NCBI RefSeq assembly: GCF_016433145.1 | Contig: NC_058131.1 | Span: 669,461,418 to 669,525,417 of the forward strand | From: Gracilinanus agilis | Lineage: Eukaryota | Direction: 5' to 3' | DNA length: 64,000 bases | Part shown: piece after piece, positions 34,467-48,900 of the stretch | How positions within the stretch are numbered: the stretch's first letter is position 1 | Layout: each line of letters opens with the position of its first letter | The notes under the pieces: generated by a model | Seen by the model: only the letters and a program-made list of their open reading frames with translations | The model's database searches: none | Told to the model about the DNA's origin: nothing | Translations under genes and position numbers: made by a program

Positions 34467-34619
34467 CTTCTATCTTGGAGTCAATACTGTGTATTGGCTA
34501 TGAGGGTCAAGTGACTTGCCCAGAGTCACACAGCTGGGAAGTGTCTGAGGCCAGATTTGAACCCAGGACCTCCCATCTCTAGGCCTGGCTTTCAATCCAC
34601 TGAGCTACCCAGCTGCCCC
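34467..34619 (-). mobile_element. Opossum-type SINE flanking the gap
   Basis: ...CACTGAGCTACCCAGCTGCCCC head on the reverse strand. Confidence 0.85.
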
Positions 34620-37600
34620 TCCCTCCTCATTTTCTTATCAAAAAGCTATCCTCTCTTGATTTGCCACCAAGGTATGAACCTGTCCATAAAACTAGATCAC
34701 ACAGATCAAGAAAGGCTTGTGCTTGTTCTTGCCCTCTAGAAAGTTAGACAATGATACTCTAGCCAGCTCTGGTGGGGATGGCTACTACTGCAACTTTGGA
34801 CCCTCAAATGGCTGACATTTAGATCATGGCTTTAGATCTGAAAAGTATATTAGAGGTAATTTAGTCCATCCCTTTTATTTCACAGATGAGGAAGCTAAGG
34901 TCTGGCCAGAGAGGTTAAGTGACTTTTTTCCAAGGTTAAATAGGTGATAGAAATAGGATTTCAACCTAGGACTTAAACTCTATGCTCTGTGCTCTTTCCA
35001 CTGTACTACCTTGTTTGTATTCTCTGCTTGTTTTTCCTGAACTTGTTGCATGGTTCCATGGTGACCAGTATGAGGGGCAATTGCTATGACATACCAGCAG
35101 AACTGGGTGGTAGGACTTTTTTAGGGGGGGGAGGGATTAAGGCTCTCAGAAAATGTGGGCGATGACATTTATTTTTAAACAATCCCCTTACTTTCCCACA
35201 ATGTTAAAACGAAGAACTCAAAAGACAGATTATGACTGAGAATTGGTCTTGCTTAGTTCCCAGACAATACCCCGTGGCCAGAGGACTGAATTTGAAAGAA
35301 GACAATCAAATCTGAAGAACCATAAAGCCACTATAAACCCACTCCACAGTTACCTTAACCTCTTACTATTGTATCTTTCCTAAGCCTTTATGAAAGTTGC
35401 CCGCTCTCCCCTTTCAATAGACTAATCATCTTTTTTTGGTAGTTCAGTGGAAGTCCCATACTGCTAGTTCTATGTGGCTTCCCCACCTCAATTAATAACC
35501 CTTATTATAACTACGATGGTAGTTCTGTATTTTTAGATCGATAAAGGTGAGGGAGTGGAGTCTCGTAATGAATACTGTATCACAAATATGGCCAAAGCTG
35601 TCTCTGAAAGATCCTTCAGTATTTGAAGATAGTGTCAGTACTGCTCCAGGAAATCAGAAATCCAGGGGAGAGACACTTAGAAATACAATCTCTCCTACTG
35701 ACTTCCCTTCTGATTAAGAGATATTGAGGCTCATCCACATCAAAGAACTTCCTAAGGAAATACTAACACTGCTAGAGCACCCTTCCCACATCTGTAGGCT
35801 CACCTGGTTATTATGACTCTTGTTCTGTGATCACTACAATCTAAAGGCACCAGTGAAGGTTAGTTTAGTTAATTCCACTGACAGCAGTCATTATCTTTCT
35901 TCTTCCAATTCTTACTACTATGAGAACTTGGGTAAACTCAACCTCCTAAGTTTCTGTTTTCTAATTTATAAAATGAGATAATTGGATTCTATTGCCTCTG
36001 AAGTCCCTTCCACTCCTATATCTATGATCCTAAACATCTCCAGTAATGTCACTACCACTATCCCTCCACTCCCTTAACTAGGCTGTCACCTACTGTGGTG
36101 GTCATGATACTGTATGCTGCCTTGGTGCTGAACTAGCCAGCTAGTCTCAGTTTTGCCTCAAGCACTGGCCATGGTGCTGACTTCCGGTAAATAATGTTAA
36201 TACTACAATGCTTAATTACATGTGATTAAAACCAGCTACATGGTGAAGGGTCCCAATGGAACTTGTGTACTCTCCAATTCCCCATGGAAATGTTATTATC
36301 AATATTCCCATCCACTCCTCATGAGATATTTAAGTTTATAAGGAATGAAAAGTAGCTCCTCTTTCCAGGAAGTTTTGAACCTGTATTTAATAGGATTTTC
36401 CCTAGAAACATAACTCGTGATTTTACTTCATTACATCTTACTTAAAGTCTCTTAAAAGATTTTTTTATTCTGAACTTAAATACCAAAGAAGAGCATTTAC
36501 ACACACACACAACAGAATGCAAAAAGTAGCTTCTGTATGAAACCACAAATATCTATTTCACACTGCTTGATTTAGAAAAAATAAAGTATATTATTAATTG
36601 TATATATGACTTTCAAACTGTCCTATTTGTCTGTGATTCTAAACTTCCTTCTGTTCTCTTCTGAACATTTAAATATATTAGAGAAGTCCTCTTTTTAAAA
36701 ATCTCTATTGCTAATCTCTGACCTCCTCCTGCTGCCCCACATTCCATTAGTGGAGAGGGAAAAAAAGGTGGGGGAACCTTATATTAAATAAACATGTTCA
36801 AGCAGAAATTAATCCGTATAGTGGACATGAACAAAATTATATAACTCTGGGCTTGTGTCCATTACTACTTCTGGAAACATGGTTGATCTTTGCATTAGTT
36901 TAATTTCTTGCATTATTTTTCTTCATCATTTTTTTCTTTTTTTGGTTTGGATGAATTGTTCTCCTGGATCTATTTACTGAACTCTATGTCAGTCAGTTCA
37001 TTCTACCCAGGATTCCATGAAATCATCTCTTTTATCATTGCAATAATGCAATGATATTTCATTCTATTAATATATCACAATTTGTCCATACTGTCTAAGA
37101 GATAATGTAAGGTATTTCTTAAATTCCAGTTTTTCTCACCCCGCCCTTCGAATCTCTGCTTCTAGAAATTTGTTTTGTTTGGGACTACCCCTTCTCTGGT
37201 ACAATCCTTCCCCTTAACTGACTCCTCTGACCTCATTCAGACCCCCAGAGCTTTTTCGTGTTTAATACTCCATCTAATAGTTGTAGGTCTTCTAGTTATT
37301 TAATACTTCAAGGGTACAAATAGAGTGCTAGGGCTGTTCATCTACTATCTTTATCACCATTTTGCCTCTTTTTTTTTGTTATACAAGTTTGATGATATCA
37401 TTTTTAGCACTTCTTAAAAACAAGTCATTAATGGCAATATACTTTAGTTTGCTTATCTGTTTATGCTTAACCTGAATTATCCATAATTTTGATTCTTTTG
37501 AAATTGTGGTATTAAACGATTCCTAGTCTATACCCCTGGAAAGATATTGATGCTAAAAGAATAGATTTGTGGTAGCAAAAATCATATGATTGTTGAAAGA

Positions 37601-38491
37601 CTGTCTTTTGCTTCCATTTTTATTCCTAACCCTTAGCACAGAGCCTGGTACATAGTAGGTGCTTAATAAACGTTTGATTGATTGAAAGTACTGTACAGTC
37701 TACTTAATTCAATCTGGTCCAATCTCTTTCATCAACTTAAACCTGAGCTTAGCTCATTATTAACTTAGCCCATCAAAGATATAGAAACTAACTCAATGAG
37801 GGCCAAACCAGCTACCTGCCACAATTTGGGTAATATGTTTCATCTACTTAGAATTTTAAGTATGGATAGTTAAGTAAAGTCAATCTTTTGAATTATTATG
37901 GAGTCAATTTAAGAGGCTTGATATAATCTGCGACTCAAAACAAATGGCATAAGGTCATCCAAAGATACTAGCCTCTAGAGAATATTGACATTTAAAAGGA
38001 TGCTTTCATTTCTTTAGACTAGGAAAGATCTTTTCCATTTGGCTAGTAAAACATTTGTCTTCCTCTTTCGTGCCTCTCTTCTTGACTATGATTGCTAAGT
38101 CATTAAACAAAATCAACTCCATTATATTATCTATCATAGAATTTTGTATAATATTAACATGCGTGGGAGAGATTTTCTTTGAGACCTTTAAAGATTGTCT
38201 TAAAATTGTTCTCCTGGTTCAGTTTCTTTCAAATAATCAGAAAGGAATAGACACAAATTATAGACAAAACCCTGGACAGTAAGTTCTTTGATGGCAGGAC
38301 TGTTTTTGTTTTAGTATTCCCAGAATCTAGCACTGGATTCAAATCTAGCCTCAGACCCTTCCTAGCTGTGTGACCCTGGGCAAGTCACTCAACCCCCATT
38401 GTCTATCCCTTAACACTCTTCTGCCTTGGAACTAATACACAGTATTGATTCTAAGACAAAAGGTAAGGGCTTTTAAAAGTAAACTTAAATA

Positions 38492-38674
38492 GGGGCAGCT
38501 GGGTAGCTCAGTGGAGTGAGAGTCAGGCCTAGAGACAGGAGGTCCTAGGTTCAAATCCAGCCTCAGCCACTTCCCAGCTGTGTGACCCTGGGCAAGTCAC
38601 TTGACCCCCATTGCCCACCCTTACCAATCTTCCACCTATGAGACAATACACCAAAGTACAAGGGTTTAAAAAAA
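38492..38674 (+). mobile_element. Young SINE inserted in the tail of an older SINE (~38336-38480), 17-bp TSD
   Basis: AAAAGTAAACTTAAATA at 38475-38491 and 38675-38691. Confidence 0.92.
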
Positions 38675-39679
38675 AAAAGTAAACTTAAATAAAAGCCTAT
38701 CAAAATTAGCCTGAGAGAACAGAAGTGCCCAAGAATAAAGCTCGAAGATACAAAGAGAAATCCAATCAATTCAGTTAGTATTTATTAAACACTATTATGT
38801 GCAAGGAATCAAGGAAGTCCTTGCCCTCAGGAGTTTATATTCTACTGGAGAGGATCCAACATAAGTACAAGCAAGTATGGTTGAAGGAAAATTTAGAAAG
38901 AAGAGAGCAGAAGCAATGTTAGGAGAGAGATTAAGAAGAACTTCATGCTCTCCACCTTCAGAGAAAGAACTGATGCAGATTTAAGCATACTATTTTTCAC
39001 TTTATTTTCTTTCGGGTTATTTTTTTTTCTGATGTCTTTCCTTCCACACCATGGCCAATATGGAAATATGTACTGTATGATCACACTTGTAGAACCAATA
39101 TCAAATTGTTTGCTATCTCAGCGAGGAGAAAGGGAGAGAATTTGCAACTCATAATTTTAAAAAATGAATGCTAAAAATTGTTTTTACATGTAATCAGGAA
39201 AAAATAAAATATTTTGTTGAAAAAAATGAAATAAATTTTTTTACATTAAAATTGATTCACTAATCAAACTTTATTAAAATAAATTTTGCTTATAGAAAAA
39301 GAATGTCATAGAGGAAATGACCTACATTTATACATATTCACTTGTATACCTCATATATTCCTCTTCACACATACATGCACATATATGTATTCATATACAA
39401 ATTGATATAAGGTGATTTTGGGGGGGTAGAGAAATCACTAAAAAGTGAGGTTTTACATAGCTTTCATGTAGAAAATGACCCTTAAACTGAACTCTGAAGG
39501 AAATTAGGGATTTGAGGAGGAAGAGGTAAGAAGAGAGTGCATTCCAAGCCCAGGGCACAGACTATGCAAAGGAATGAAAAGTGGAGATGAGAGATGAAGA
39601 GCTGTGTATTAGGACCACTAAGAAGGCCAGTCTGATTAACAGTGATCTACATAAAGGGGAATAACATGTAAGAAGACCA

Positions 39680-40440
39680 TACTCCAGTTCAACTCAGTGC
39701 ACATTTTCTTGCTCATTGTACTGTCCATCGAGAGGTGCATACAACAGACAAACTCTGTAAGTTGTCCCTACAAATTCAGATCACAATTTGTGCAATAGAC
39801 ATTTTTCATTCACTTGGTCTTCCCTGTGTTGATGATTAGACCAAAGTCTTTGCAATGACCATGGATCTCTTTTAGGAATTTCTGCAATGTTCTGGAAAAT
39901 TACAATGTTGTCCACATTCATTGAAATCTCCAAAGACCAAAGTATATGTTGATTTAATTAGGAAGGTTTTATCTAGTACTTCTTAAAAATTCTTTATCTC
40001 TTTTTCCTCTGTGACAGAGTGGTGTGTAAGTTGCAATTATTTCCATATAGGCTGTCTTTCAAATATTTATCATGAGTACTACAATATGTGATGACCAAGT
40101 ATCTGAAGGAAAAAATGTTTCTTGTTGTCTTTGGGTATATACTAAAACCTTTCCAAGAGATACCTGTAAACCCTTCTTTCTTTTAGCTACAACTTCTTTA
40201 CGTCTAATTTCATTTAAAGCTCAAATGTCAAGATGGATGTGATTCAGCTCCTCCAGCAGTGAAGTCCACTCATGGTTCACTGGATAAGGATTTCATCACA
40301 GCCAAGTCAAGTTTGTATATAATCTAAAAATGGATTCTTAGTATCTTCTGATCCCTTTTCTTCCATTCTGTCACCATCATTACAGAAGCAGAAACTGGCT
40401 GTATGGCACAGAGGGCTATTTTGTATTTTTCTTTGCTTCA
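39680..40440 (-). mobile_element. Degenerate RTE-type LINE fragment
   Basis: On the - strand, GDFN (39931-39920, endonuclease motif) and GLIINTGKTK (39842-39813, RT C-terminal motif). Confidence 0.55.
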
Positions 40441-42070
40441 TGGGCTGCCATGGCCAAAAAATTCATTGCCAGTTGGCCAGCCCACTTGTATACATACATA
40501 TAGACATTCATATATTTTATATATATGCATATCTACAAATGTAGATATACATGCATAAATATACCTACATCTAGATTTTGCCAAGAAATTTTATATCTAA
40601 TAGATTCTACATTCTATGAGTTCAAAAAGGCAATGAGCTTACATTAAGTTATTAGAGTTTAATTACATATGAGGTCTTCCCACATTCAAATCCACTCTTC
40701 CAAATACAGTCATATTTCTTTAATTATGATTATATTGCAAATACACCAATTTAATCACTTACTTTTCTTCTAAGTTTTTTCTTGGGAAGACTATAGAGAA
40801 ATACTTAAACCCTTAAAAATCATCCTTCCAAGATCTTTCACTGAAAGTCCTACTATAGCCTAGCAAAAGCATACATGGTTTCATCTTTGCACATTCATCC
40901 AGCTGGGGACCCTTCAGGAGGCTTCTGAGAAGAATCTGGAAGTCGTCAGAATTTTTTTTGGATGTGGTTCAATACAAAAGGCTTGGTCAAAGTTCTAAGT
41001 AAACAGTTACTTCACTGGCAGGATAGGGATGAGATTTAATAGATTTAATAGAGGTCTTCAGAGAAGTCTGGTCAGGCCTAGGACCTCATTTGGAGAGGGT
41101 CAGAGATGAGAAGTAAGTAACCATTTGGGAGCAGAGCCCATGCTGACCTAAAGCCCTAAAACAACAGGTGAAAAAGAATCAGATAAAGAGGGAGAGTGAC
41201 AACCAATTGATTGCCATAGCCCTTCCTCTGGGAGCAGCCTGCTTGGGACTGGACCCTGACTTCTCCTGAGAAAAGGTGACAGTGGCATGAGGTTTATAAG
41301 ACTTTATAGTGACTTTTCTTTAAAATTTTAAAAATTGTTATTTACTTAATATTTCTATGAAATTCTAAAAGGAAAAGCACCAGACCAAATACTGAGTTAA
41401 AATTAAAATTAAAATAAAATAAAATAAAACCCTACCTTAAATATAAACCATTTATATTTTGATCAAGCAGGAACAATCACACAGTCATTTATGTTTTAAC
41501 AAAATACAAACAAACTGGAAAATTGAGAAGTACTTTCAATGATTACAAGCTGTTCCCTGCCATAAAAGACTATCTTATTAACACCAACATTCTCCCAGTG
41601 ATGTTGTTTGATTGTAAATCAGGGAACATTATGATCTCAAAAGAATCCAAATGGTAGGTGATCCAAAGGACAATGGAAAGAAACATGGTGGGTTGGAGAG
41701 CATATTAACCAATGATAACTTGGGCATGTAAAGTAGTATAAAAGATATCATATATATGAAGCTGCAAGTGATACAATAGAATAAATGTTGGACTGACTTC
41801 AGATTCTACTTAATTATGTGACCTAGGGTAAATCATCTCTTGGCTTTTCCCCTCATTTATAAAATGAGGATAATGAGAACATCTACCTCTCAGGATTGTC
41901 CTAAGAGTCAAGTGAAATAATGTATGAACAGCACTTTGTAAACTTTCAAATGTCATATGAGTGCTAGTTATTATTATTATTATACCAGGAAAGGGGATAA
42001 GCCAGACCTGTAAACTAATAATGAATTCAAATCTTGTATTGATTTCCATAGAACATTAAATGATCTAGAG

Positions 42071-42263
42071 CAGTGGTTCCCAAACTTTTTTGGCCTACAG
42101 CCCCCTTTCCAGAAAAAATATCACTTAGTCCCCTGGAAATTAATTTTTAAAAAATTTTAATAGCAATTAATAGGAAAGATAAATGCACCTGTGGCCATCA
42201 CTGCCTCCCTGGATTGCTGCAGCACCCACCAGGGGGCGGTAGTGCCCACTTTGGGAATCACTG
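42071..42263. mobile_element. Second non-autonomous hAT MITE, 193 bp
   Basis: TIR CAGTG(G/A)TTCCCAAA 13/14; perfect 8-bp TSD ATCTAGAG at 42063-42070 and 42264-42271. Confidence 0.92.
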
Positions 42264-43799
42264 ATCTAGAGGAAGCCCTTCCTCTAGTCCATTGGTGAAA
42301 TCTACAGAAAATTTATAGAGACACAGTCAAAGGCAAAGATGAATTTCAATCTTTCTAAGTGAAGGAGGAGACCACACCAATAAGATCACAGAACAGCTGA
42401 AATGTTTAAAATGAAAGCAATACTTCAATTGCTCTGTCTTCTTACTAATGCCTGGTACTTATAAAGATTCATTGCCCTGCTTTTTTACATGTAATTATAG
42501 TTATCATGTATATCATTCTGCTTAGTTTTAAAAAAGATCATTTTAAGAAAATATTTTTAAGACAAATGAATGGAATATTTTAAGATTTTCTCTATACCTA
42601 ATGATATTATATATATATATATATATTACACACACACATATATATATATATATTTAAACTCTTATCTTCTGTCTTAGAATCAATATTATATATTGGTTCC
42701 AAGGCAGAAGAATGCTAAGGGTTAGACAATGGGGATTAAGTGACTTGCCTAGGGTCTCACAGCTAGGAAGTATCTTAAATCAGATTTGAACCCAAGACCT
42801 CCCATCTCTAGGCCTGGCTCTCAATCCACTGAGCTACCATGTTGCTGGCCCCCCAAATGATATTTAAATGTAATTTTATTTTTTCTTTTTGATATGGTTT
42901 ATCCTAGCCCAATGTCATTCATAAATAGGAGTATAGGAAGGATCTCATTAGCCACTTTGACTTGGGCTCTGCCCAGAGTGTCCTCCATCAGAGGTGTGAA
43001 GTCCCTTGGTGAGCATATATCTTCCTATTTTATGTTTCATTTGATATGAATGAACAGAGATTTATAGAATATGGTTATGTTATTAAAACTTTCAGGGAAC
43101 CTTGAATGGTTTTGATGTTGATGTATGGACAGGAGATACCTTATTGTAAAATACTTGACATACTTCTATTTCAGTAACATCAAGGACCTAAGTTTTGATG
43201 GTAAACTCCCTCTACTCATACAGATTATAATTTATAACTCTAGAAAGATGCCTGAGCTCAGAAAAGGTAATTGACTTAATTATGGCCAAAAGGCAAGATT
43301 CCAACCCAGAATTTCTATTTCCAAGGCTGTTTTTCCTTTTATTATAACATACTGTTGTTATGCCTCTCACTTCTTTTAAATTCTCTAAGTTGCATGAACA
43401 TTTAGGTAGTTGTCTCCATATTTTCCTTGATTTCTTTTTATACTTATCACAATTTTCCCTTTTTTGTTTCTCATTTTGATAGTCTGCGTTTTCTCTCTCA
43501 TTTTATTGGGAAATTGTTTATCCAATTGGTAAATCTCTTGCCTTCAGATAACACAGTTTTATAGATAGGTGACATAGTGGGTAGAATACTGGACTTGGAG
43601 TTAGGAAAATATGAGATCATATCCTGACATAGATACTTCTTAACTGTGTGACCCTCTATCAGTCTCAGTTCCCCCATCTGCAAAGTGGAGATAAAAATAG
43701 AACCTACCACAGTATTGTAAACCTCAAACGAGGTTACATTTGTAAAGGGCTTTGCAAATGTTAAAGGACCACATAAATGTTAGCTGTTATTATTTGAAG

Positions 43800-44720
43800 A
43801 GTTTAGGTCTGTGAGCCTTGCTTTTTAATTTTGCATATGGCATATTTTAATTTCTCCAGTAGTCAATGGGAGATTCTTCAATGATCCTAATTGATGTCAC
43901 TGGATATATCATACTTGCCTTTCTTCTTTTAGTTCACAGGATTCCATCCTCATTATTGCATGGTCTAGGGGATTTTATGTTATGTTTCTAGGAGGCTTTA
44001 ATTTCAAGCTTTTCCTTGTTAGTAGCTGTGAATTTTTCTTATTTGTAATTTATAGCCACTTTTTTTAATGATTTGGAAAGGTTTTCTTGACTGACTTCCT
44101 GAAGTATGTGCTCAGATTATTTTCTTCTAAATTTTCCAGGATGTCAGAACTGCTAAGGTGTCGTGACCTAACTTCTAAATTTGTCATTTGTATCTGCATG
44201 ATTTCCAACTTTATTAACAGCTGAGATATTTTCTGAGCTTGTTTTCCCACTTCTATTGTCAGCAGTTTTGTTTCAGCTGTAATAAGTCTATTTTTGGTTG
44301 CTTTTCTTGATGTCCTCAGGTTTTCTATTATATTCTCCATATTGGCCATTTTTTTTCATTATTTCCTCCTGATCTTTTTGTGTGTTGCATCTTTTAGTTC
44401 TTGCCTGAGTTCCTCCCAGGGTCTTTTAACTGCTGTAAGTTCCTCATTTATATCCTCCCCCGATTTTCTTTCCAGTGTTAATTCTTCTCATAAATTCTTT
44501 AAATGTGTCATTTATCCATTCAAAGACATCTCTGGGGATATCTTGCTTTGTCTCTTTTTCCATCAGCATTATTTCTACTGTTTCAGCCTTTGTTTCACTT
44601 TCTCATGGAGTTTTAAAAATTCTATCTGAACCTCTTCTTTACTTCATTCATGGTCTTTTTTTTTTTTTTTGGTAAGTAATTTTATTATGTGGATTTTTAA
44701 GTTATTTGTTTTCTCTTCAG
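43800..44720 (-). mobile_element. Degenerate L1 ORF1 (coiled-coil) fragment
   Basis: ORF 44065-44349(-) heptad-like ...QIQMTNLEVRSRH...ENLEENNLSTYFRK resembles the L1 ORF1 LENRSRRNN region. Confidence 0.6.
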
Positions 44721-45513
44721 TGTTTCAATTGCTATGGGGGATTTAAGAGAGCCCAGATCCCCTGCAACCTCTCCTTCCATCATCTGTCCAATAAGACCCT
44801 GTGTTCAGCCTTTCTATACTTTTAAAATGAGCATCCCAGATTCTCACACTTAGTAACTATGTCCAAGGTTACAGAGACATTTGCAATGGTCTCAGGTCAG
44901 TTCCATCTCTTTCCTTACAAGGAATCAGGGTGCTCAATTAAAGCATCCAATTATCAAAGGAGTCTGATGTCCCACCTGCGTTAGGGAAGGTTGGTTCTTC
45001 ACCACAACCAGAAAGTTTTCATAAGAACTAGTGATGATGATGATAATGATGATAGAGGTAGTGTTGGGTAATGGATAGAGACATAGCCTCTGTCAAGAAG
45101 ACCTGGGCTCCAAAGAGATCAAAGAAAGGAAAAAAACTCATATGTAAAAAAAAATTTATAGTGACTCTTTTTTATTGAAACCCCAGACTGGAAACCAAGG
45201 GGGTGCCCGCCTATTGGGGAATGGCTAAACAAATACAGCACATCTATGTAACAGTTGAGACTCATTTTGACATTTTTTATATCACCATGATATTCTATTA
45301 TATTGTCCTGAGGACCCATAAATTATAATATCCATGTCTTGTCAGAGAGGTGATATATGTAACATCTAGAATAAGACATATACTTTTGGACATGGCCAAT
45401 GAGGAAATTTGTTTTGCTGAACTATGGGTGTTTGGTGTAAGGAATTGAAGAAAATCTTTCAGGGGGGCAGTGAGAGGGAGAGATAATGTTTGTTAAAAAT
45501 CAATGAAAGGGAA

Positions 45514-45967
45514 GGGGCAGCTGGGTAGCTCAGTGGATTGAGAGCCAGGCCTAGAGACGGGAGGTCCTAGGTTCAAATCTGGCCTCAGACCCTTCCTAGC
45601 TGTGTGACCCTGGGAAAGTCACTTAACCCCCACTCTTCTGCCTTGGAGCCAATACACAGTATTGACTCCAAGATGGAAGGTAAGGGTTTAAAAAAAGAAT
45701 CAATGAAGGGGACACAGTTAGGTGGCTCAGTGGATAGAGAACCAGCCCTGGAAATCGGAAGTCTTGGGTTCATAAGCGGTCTCAAATACTTCCTATATAA
45801 TGTGACCCTGGGCAAATTACTTAACCCCCCATTGCCTCTAGCCCTTAACACCTTTCTGCCTTAGAAGCAAGACATAGTATTGGTTCTAAGATGGAAGGGT
45901 TTTGCCTGCCCCTTGCTGCTCTTCTGCATTGGAACTGATGCTTAGACAGAAGGTAAGGGTTTAAAAA
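45514..45967 (+). mobile_element. Two tandem opossum-type SINEs separated and flanked by the same 14-bp target motif
   Basis: AATC(A/G)ATGAA(A/G)GGG at 45498, 45698 and 45968. Confidence 0.85.
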
Positions 45968-48900
45968 AATCGATGAAGGGGTGGCAGAAGCAAAACTGGT
46001 TTCATTTGCCTTATGAGCTGGACTTTTCCTAGGCAAAGTCCTGATAATAACTAAAAATGACACAGACAGATATGGTGCTTTCAAGTTTGTCAAGTGCTTT
46101 CTGGGAGCTGACTCATTTGATCCCCACAATAATTCTGTATTATATTATATCCATTAGCCTGAGGCTCAGAGAAATTAAATGAGTTGCTGCCTATGGCCAC
46201 GGAGCAAATAAGAATCAAAGGGGGCACTTGAACTCCAGGTCTAGGGTTCTTTCCATTACACTGAACCAGCTCTCTGAATGCAGCTGCTGTTTCAAATGGA
46301 AACGGTCCAAAGGGAGGGTCAGAGCTAAAGTATCTGTCAAAGTGTGAACTGGCTAATGTTCACCAGTGGTCAGCAAAGTATTAGACCGTGACTGTGCTAT
46401 CACTTTGGTTCTAAACCTCATCACAGTGGATCCACTTAATTGATGGCTGCTGTCCTCATTAAGGACTCTGCTTCTCCAAAGTGTATTAAAACAGCCTTGG
46501 GAGCAAAAGAATAAACCCAAACCCTCCTTATCCCTTTTGGCACGCTCAATCAACGTCTTTTTGATATACCAATTGCCTTCCCTCCTTCCAACCTGGAGGA
46601 AGGAGAATTAACTTAGTTAACTATTTGTAAAATGAATAAAAAGTAACCATTAGTTAGTCAAACTGACCATTTGGTTCTAGGGTCCGAAGAGCTATCACAG
46701 CTGAATGTTTGGCTTGCCATTCTTGGACATTAGCTGGTTTATGGAGTTCAGCTGATGGGGGCTCGCCAAGACCAGGGCAGAGCTAACCACAGAGATCCCT
46801 TTGGACGTTGAACAATAACTCATCCTTGTAGGGAGAGGGCAGAGGCGCAGAGTCTAAGGAGGGGAGGCACATGCCAACACCCTTGATCCAAATATCTCTG
46901 GGGGTTGAAATAAAGTCCTGAGCAGCAATTTTGACAGGAGAGAGATAGCAGGTGCTCCAATTGTTTTGACAGCCGGGGAGATAAACAGAGATATCTATTT
47001 CATTGTAACATCCAAAGCACTCAAGATTTCACTCCAAATACTTTGTCATCACATCGATCAGACATTCCCACAGCCTCCACTCTCTTGTTACCTATTATAA
47101 AACATCTACTGAAGCATACAATAGATGTGCTGGAGTGTTCTCCACCCTCTCTGTCTTTTCATGGAACCCAGGTCCCTGGGAATGGTATGTGGGAGCTAAA
47201 TGACCAGCCTTTCCCCATATCCAGAGGAAGAGAGGGAATGGACCAGGTGAAAGAGGAGCCAGAATACAGCTGCCCACCAGGACCTAGTTACTGCCTCATT
47301 CTACCTGCCAGGCTTAATTTTTTTTAAGAATTCTTTCTATTTTGTGAGACAATTCCCATTCTGATGTCTAACTTACAGTTCATGCTATCCGCTATGTTTC
47401 ACAGAGACAGTGGCTGTTGAGTAGGTCCTGGGCTGTCAGCTTGGGTGCTTTATACCTGGACACATCCCATCTTTTTTGGAAACTTGGTGTATCCTGTCCA
47501 AAGACATGGGGTCAGGAAGGGAGAGAAAGAGGGGTAGCAATTTGAAAATGAAGATGATTCTCTTGGAATGGATATCTGCTTTGGCCAGCTTCCTGCTGGG
47601 GCCTGAACCTCCACAACTACCCAGGCCTTCTTTGGTGCAAGTAAGAGACTCAGAATAAATAAAGCAGCCAAGTGGCAAACAGCCACTTGCCTAGTTTAGA
47701 TGAGTTATGGTCCAGACCAGGTGAGAAGAGAGGAACGCTGGCCTTTACTCATAGGACTAGGGAAAGTTGAGACAAAGAATAGCAAATGTCCTTACTTAAA
47801 AATAGAGATAGATCATTAGAAAGATAGATAGTCACATGCATTTTTTTTACATCAGCTATTTACAGATACACTCCTTTCCCTACCTCAAAGACTTCCTTGT
47901 AAGGTAAAGCAACAAGTATTTTTAAGTCCTTACCAGGAGCCAGGAATATGTTAGTGATTATTAATAAATGTTAGTGATTATCAGTTAATGTTAATGATGA
48001 TGATTATTATAGATAGAGACAAAAAGTGACTTGTCCAAGGTCTTACAGATGACAGGGAAAAAATCATAATTTTTATTATATGTACTTGTAATGATAAGGA
48101 GAGTACTCATTTCCCTGTTGGCAAGAAAATAGAATAAAGGTTGGCTATCCCTTCCAGCCAATCTGTCTCCTTAGATAAAGCTCCTAGTGTGACTTGTATC
48201 GAACAGAGAGGCATAATGGAAGTTAAAAAGAATTTTCCAAGACAGCTTCAAGATCATAGTCTAAGGAAAAGGGGAAAAGAATAAGGAAAAGAATAAACAT
48301 TTATTAAGTTCTTACTATGTGCCAGGCACTGTGCTTATCATTTTATAAGCATCATTTCATTTGATTCGCACAACAACCCTTCGAGATAGGTGTTATTATT
48401 ATTTTCCCCATTTTATAGTTGAAGAAACTGAGGCAAATGAAGATTAAGTGACTTGCCTACAGTCACACAGGAAGCCTGAGTGCTTCCTTGTTGACTGCAG
48501 AGTTTGAATTTTTAGATCTGAGAAAGCTGCTGAGATGATAAACTAAAAAAAGCAGAATTTCCTAACCCCAAAGCTACAATTCAATGGAGAGCTAACCTGT
48601 GACAGCAGCAGAGACTTAATGTACATCAGCACAGTGGAGAGAATGGACCAGTGGAAAAAGCAGTTTGCAACCCAATGATATCACCAGACTGGTAGATGAC
48701 ATCAGAAACTTTGCAAGGAAAAAGGCAGCAGTGCTGGAAGCAAGGGAGAATTCTAGAGGGGATGCAGCCCTAGGATGAAATGTATGTTTCTATACATGCA
48801 ACTTCTTCCATGCATGTTTCCCACACATATATCCTGAAAATATGTGCTTCTTGGATCAGCATGATTTTATGTGTATTTTCTGTTCCACAGTAATATGGGA

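Noticed and set aside
34216-34503. 95-aa ORF
   Set aside because: Spans the N gap; artefact.
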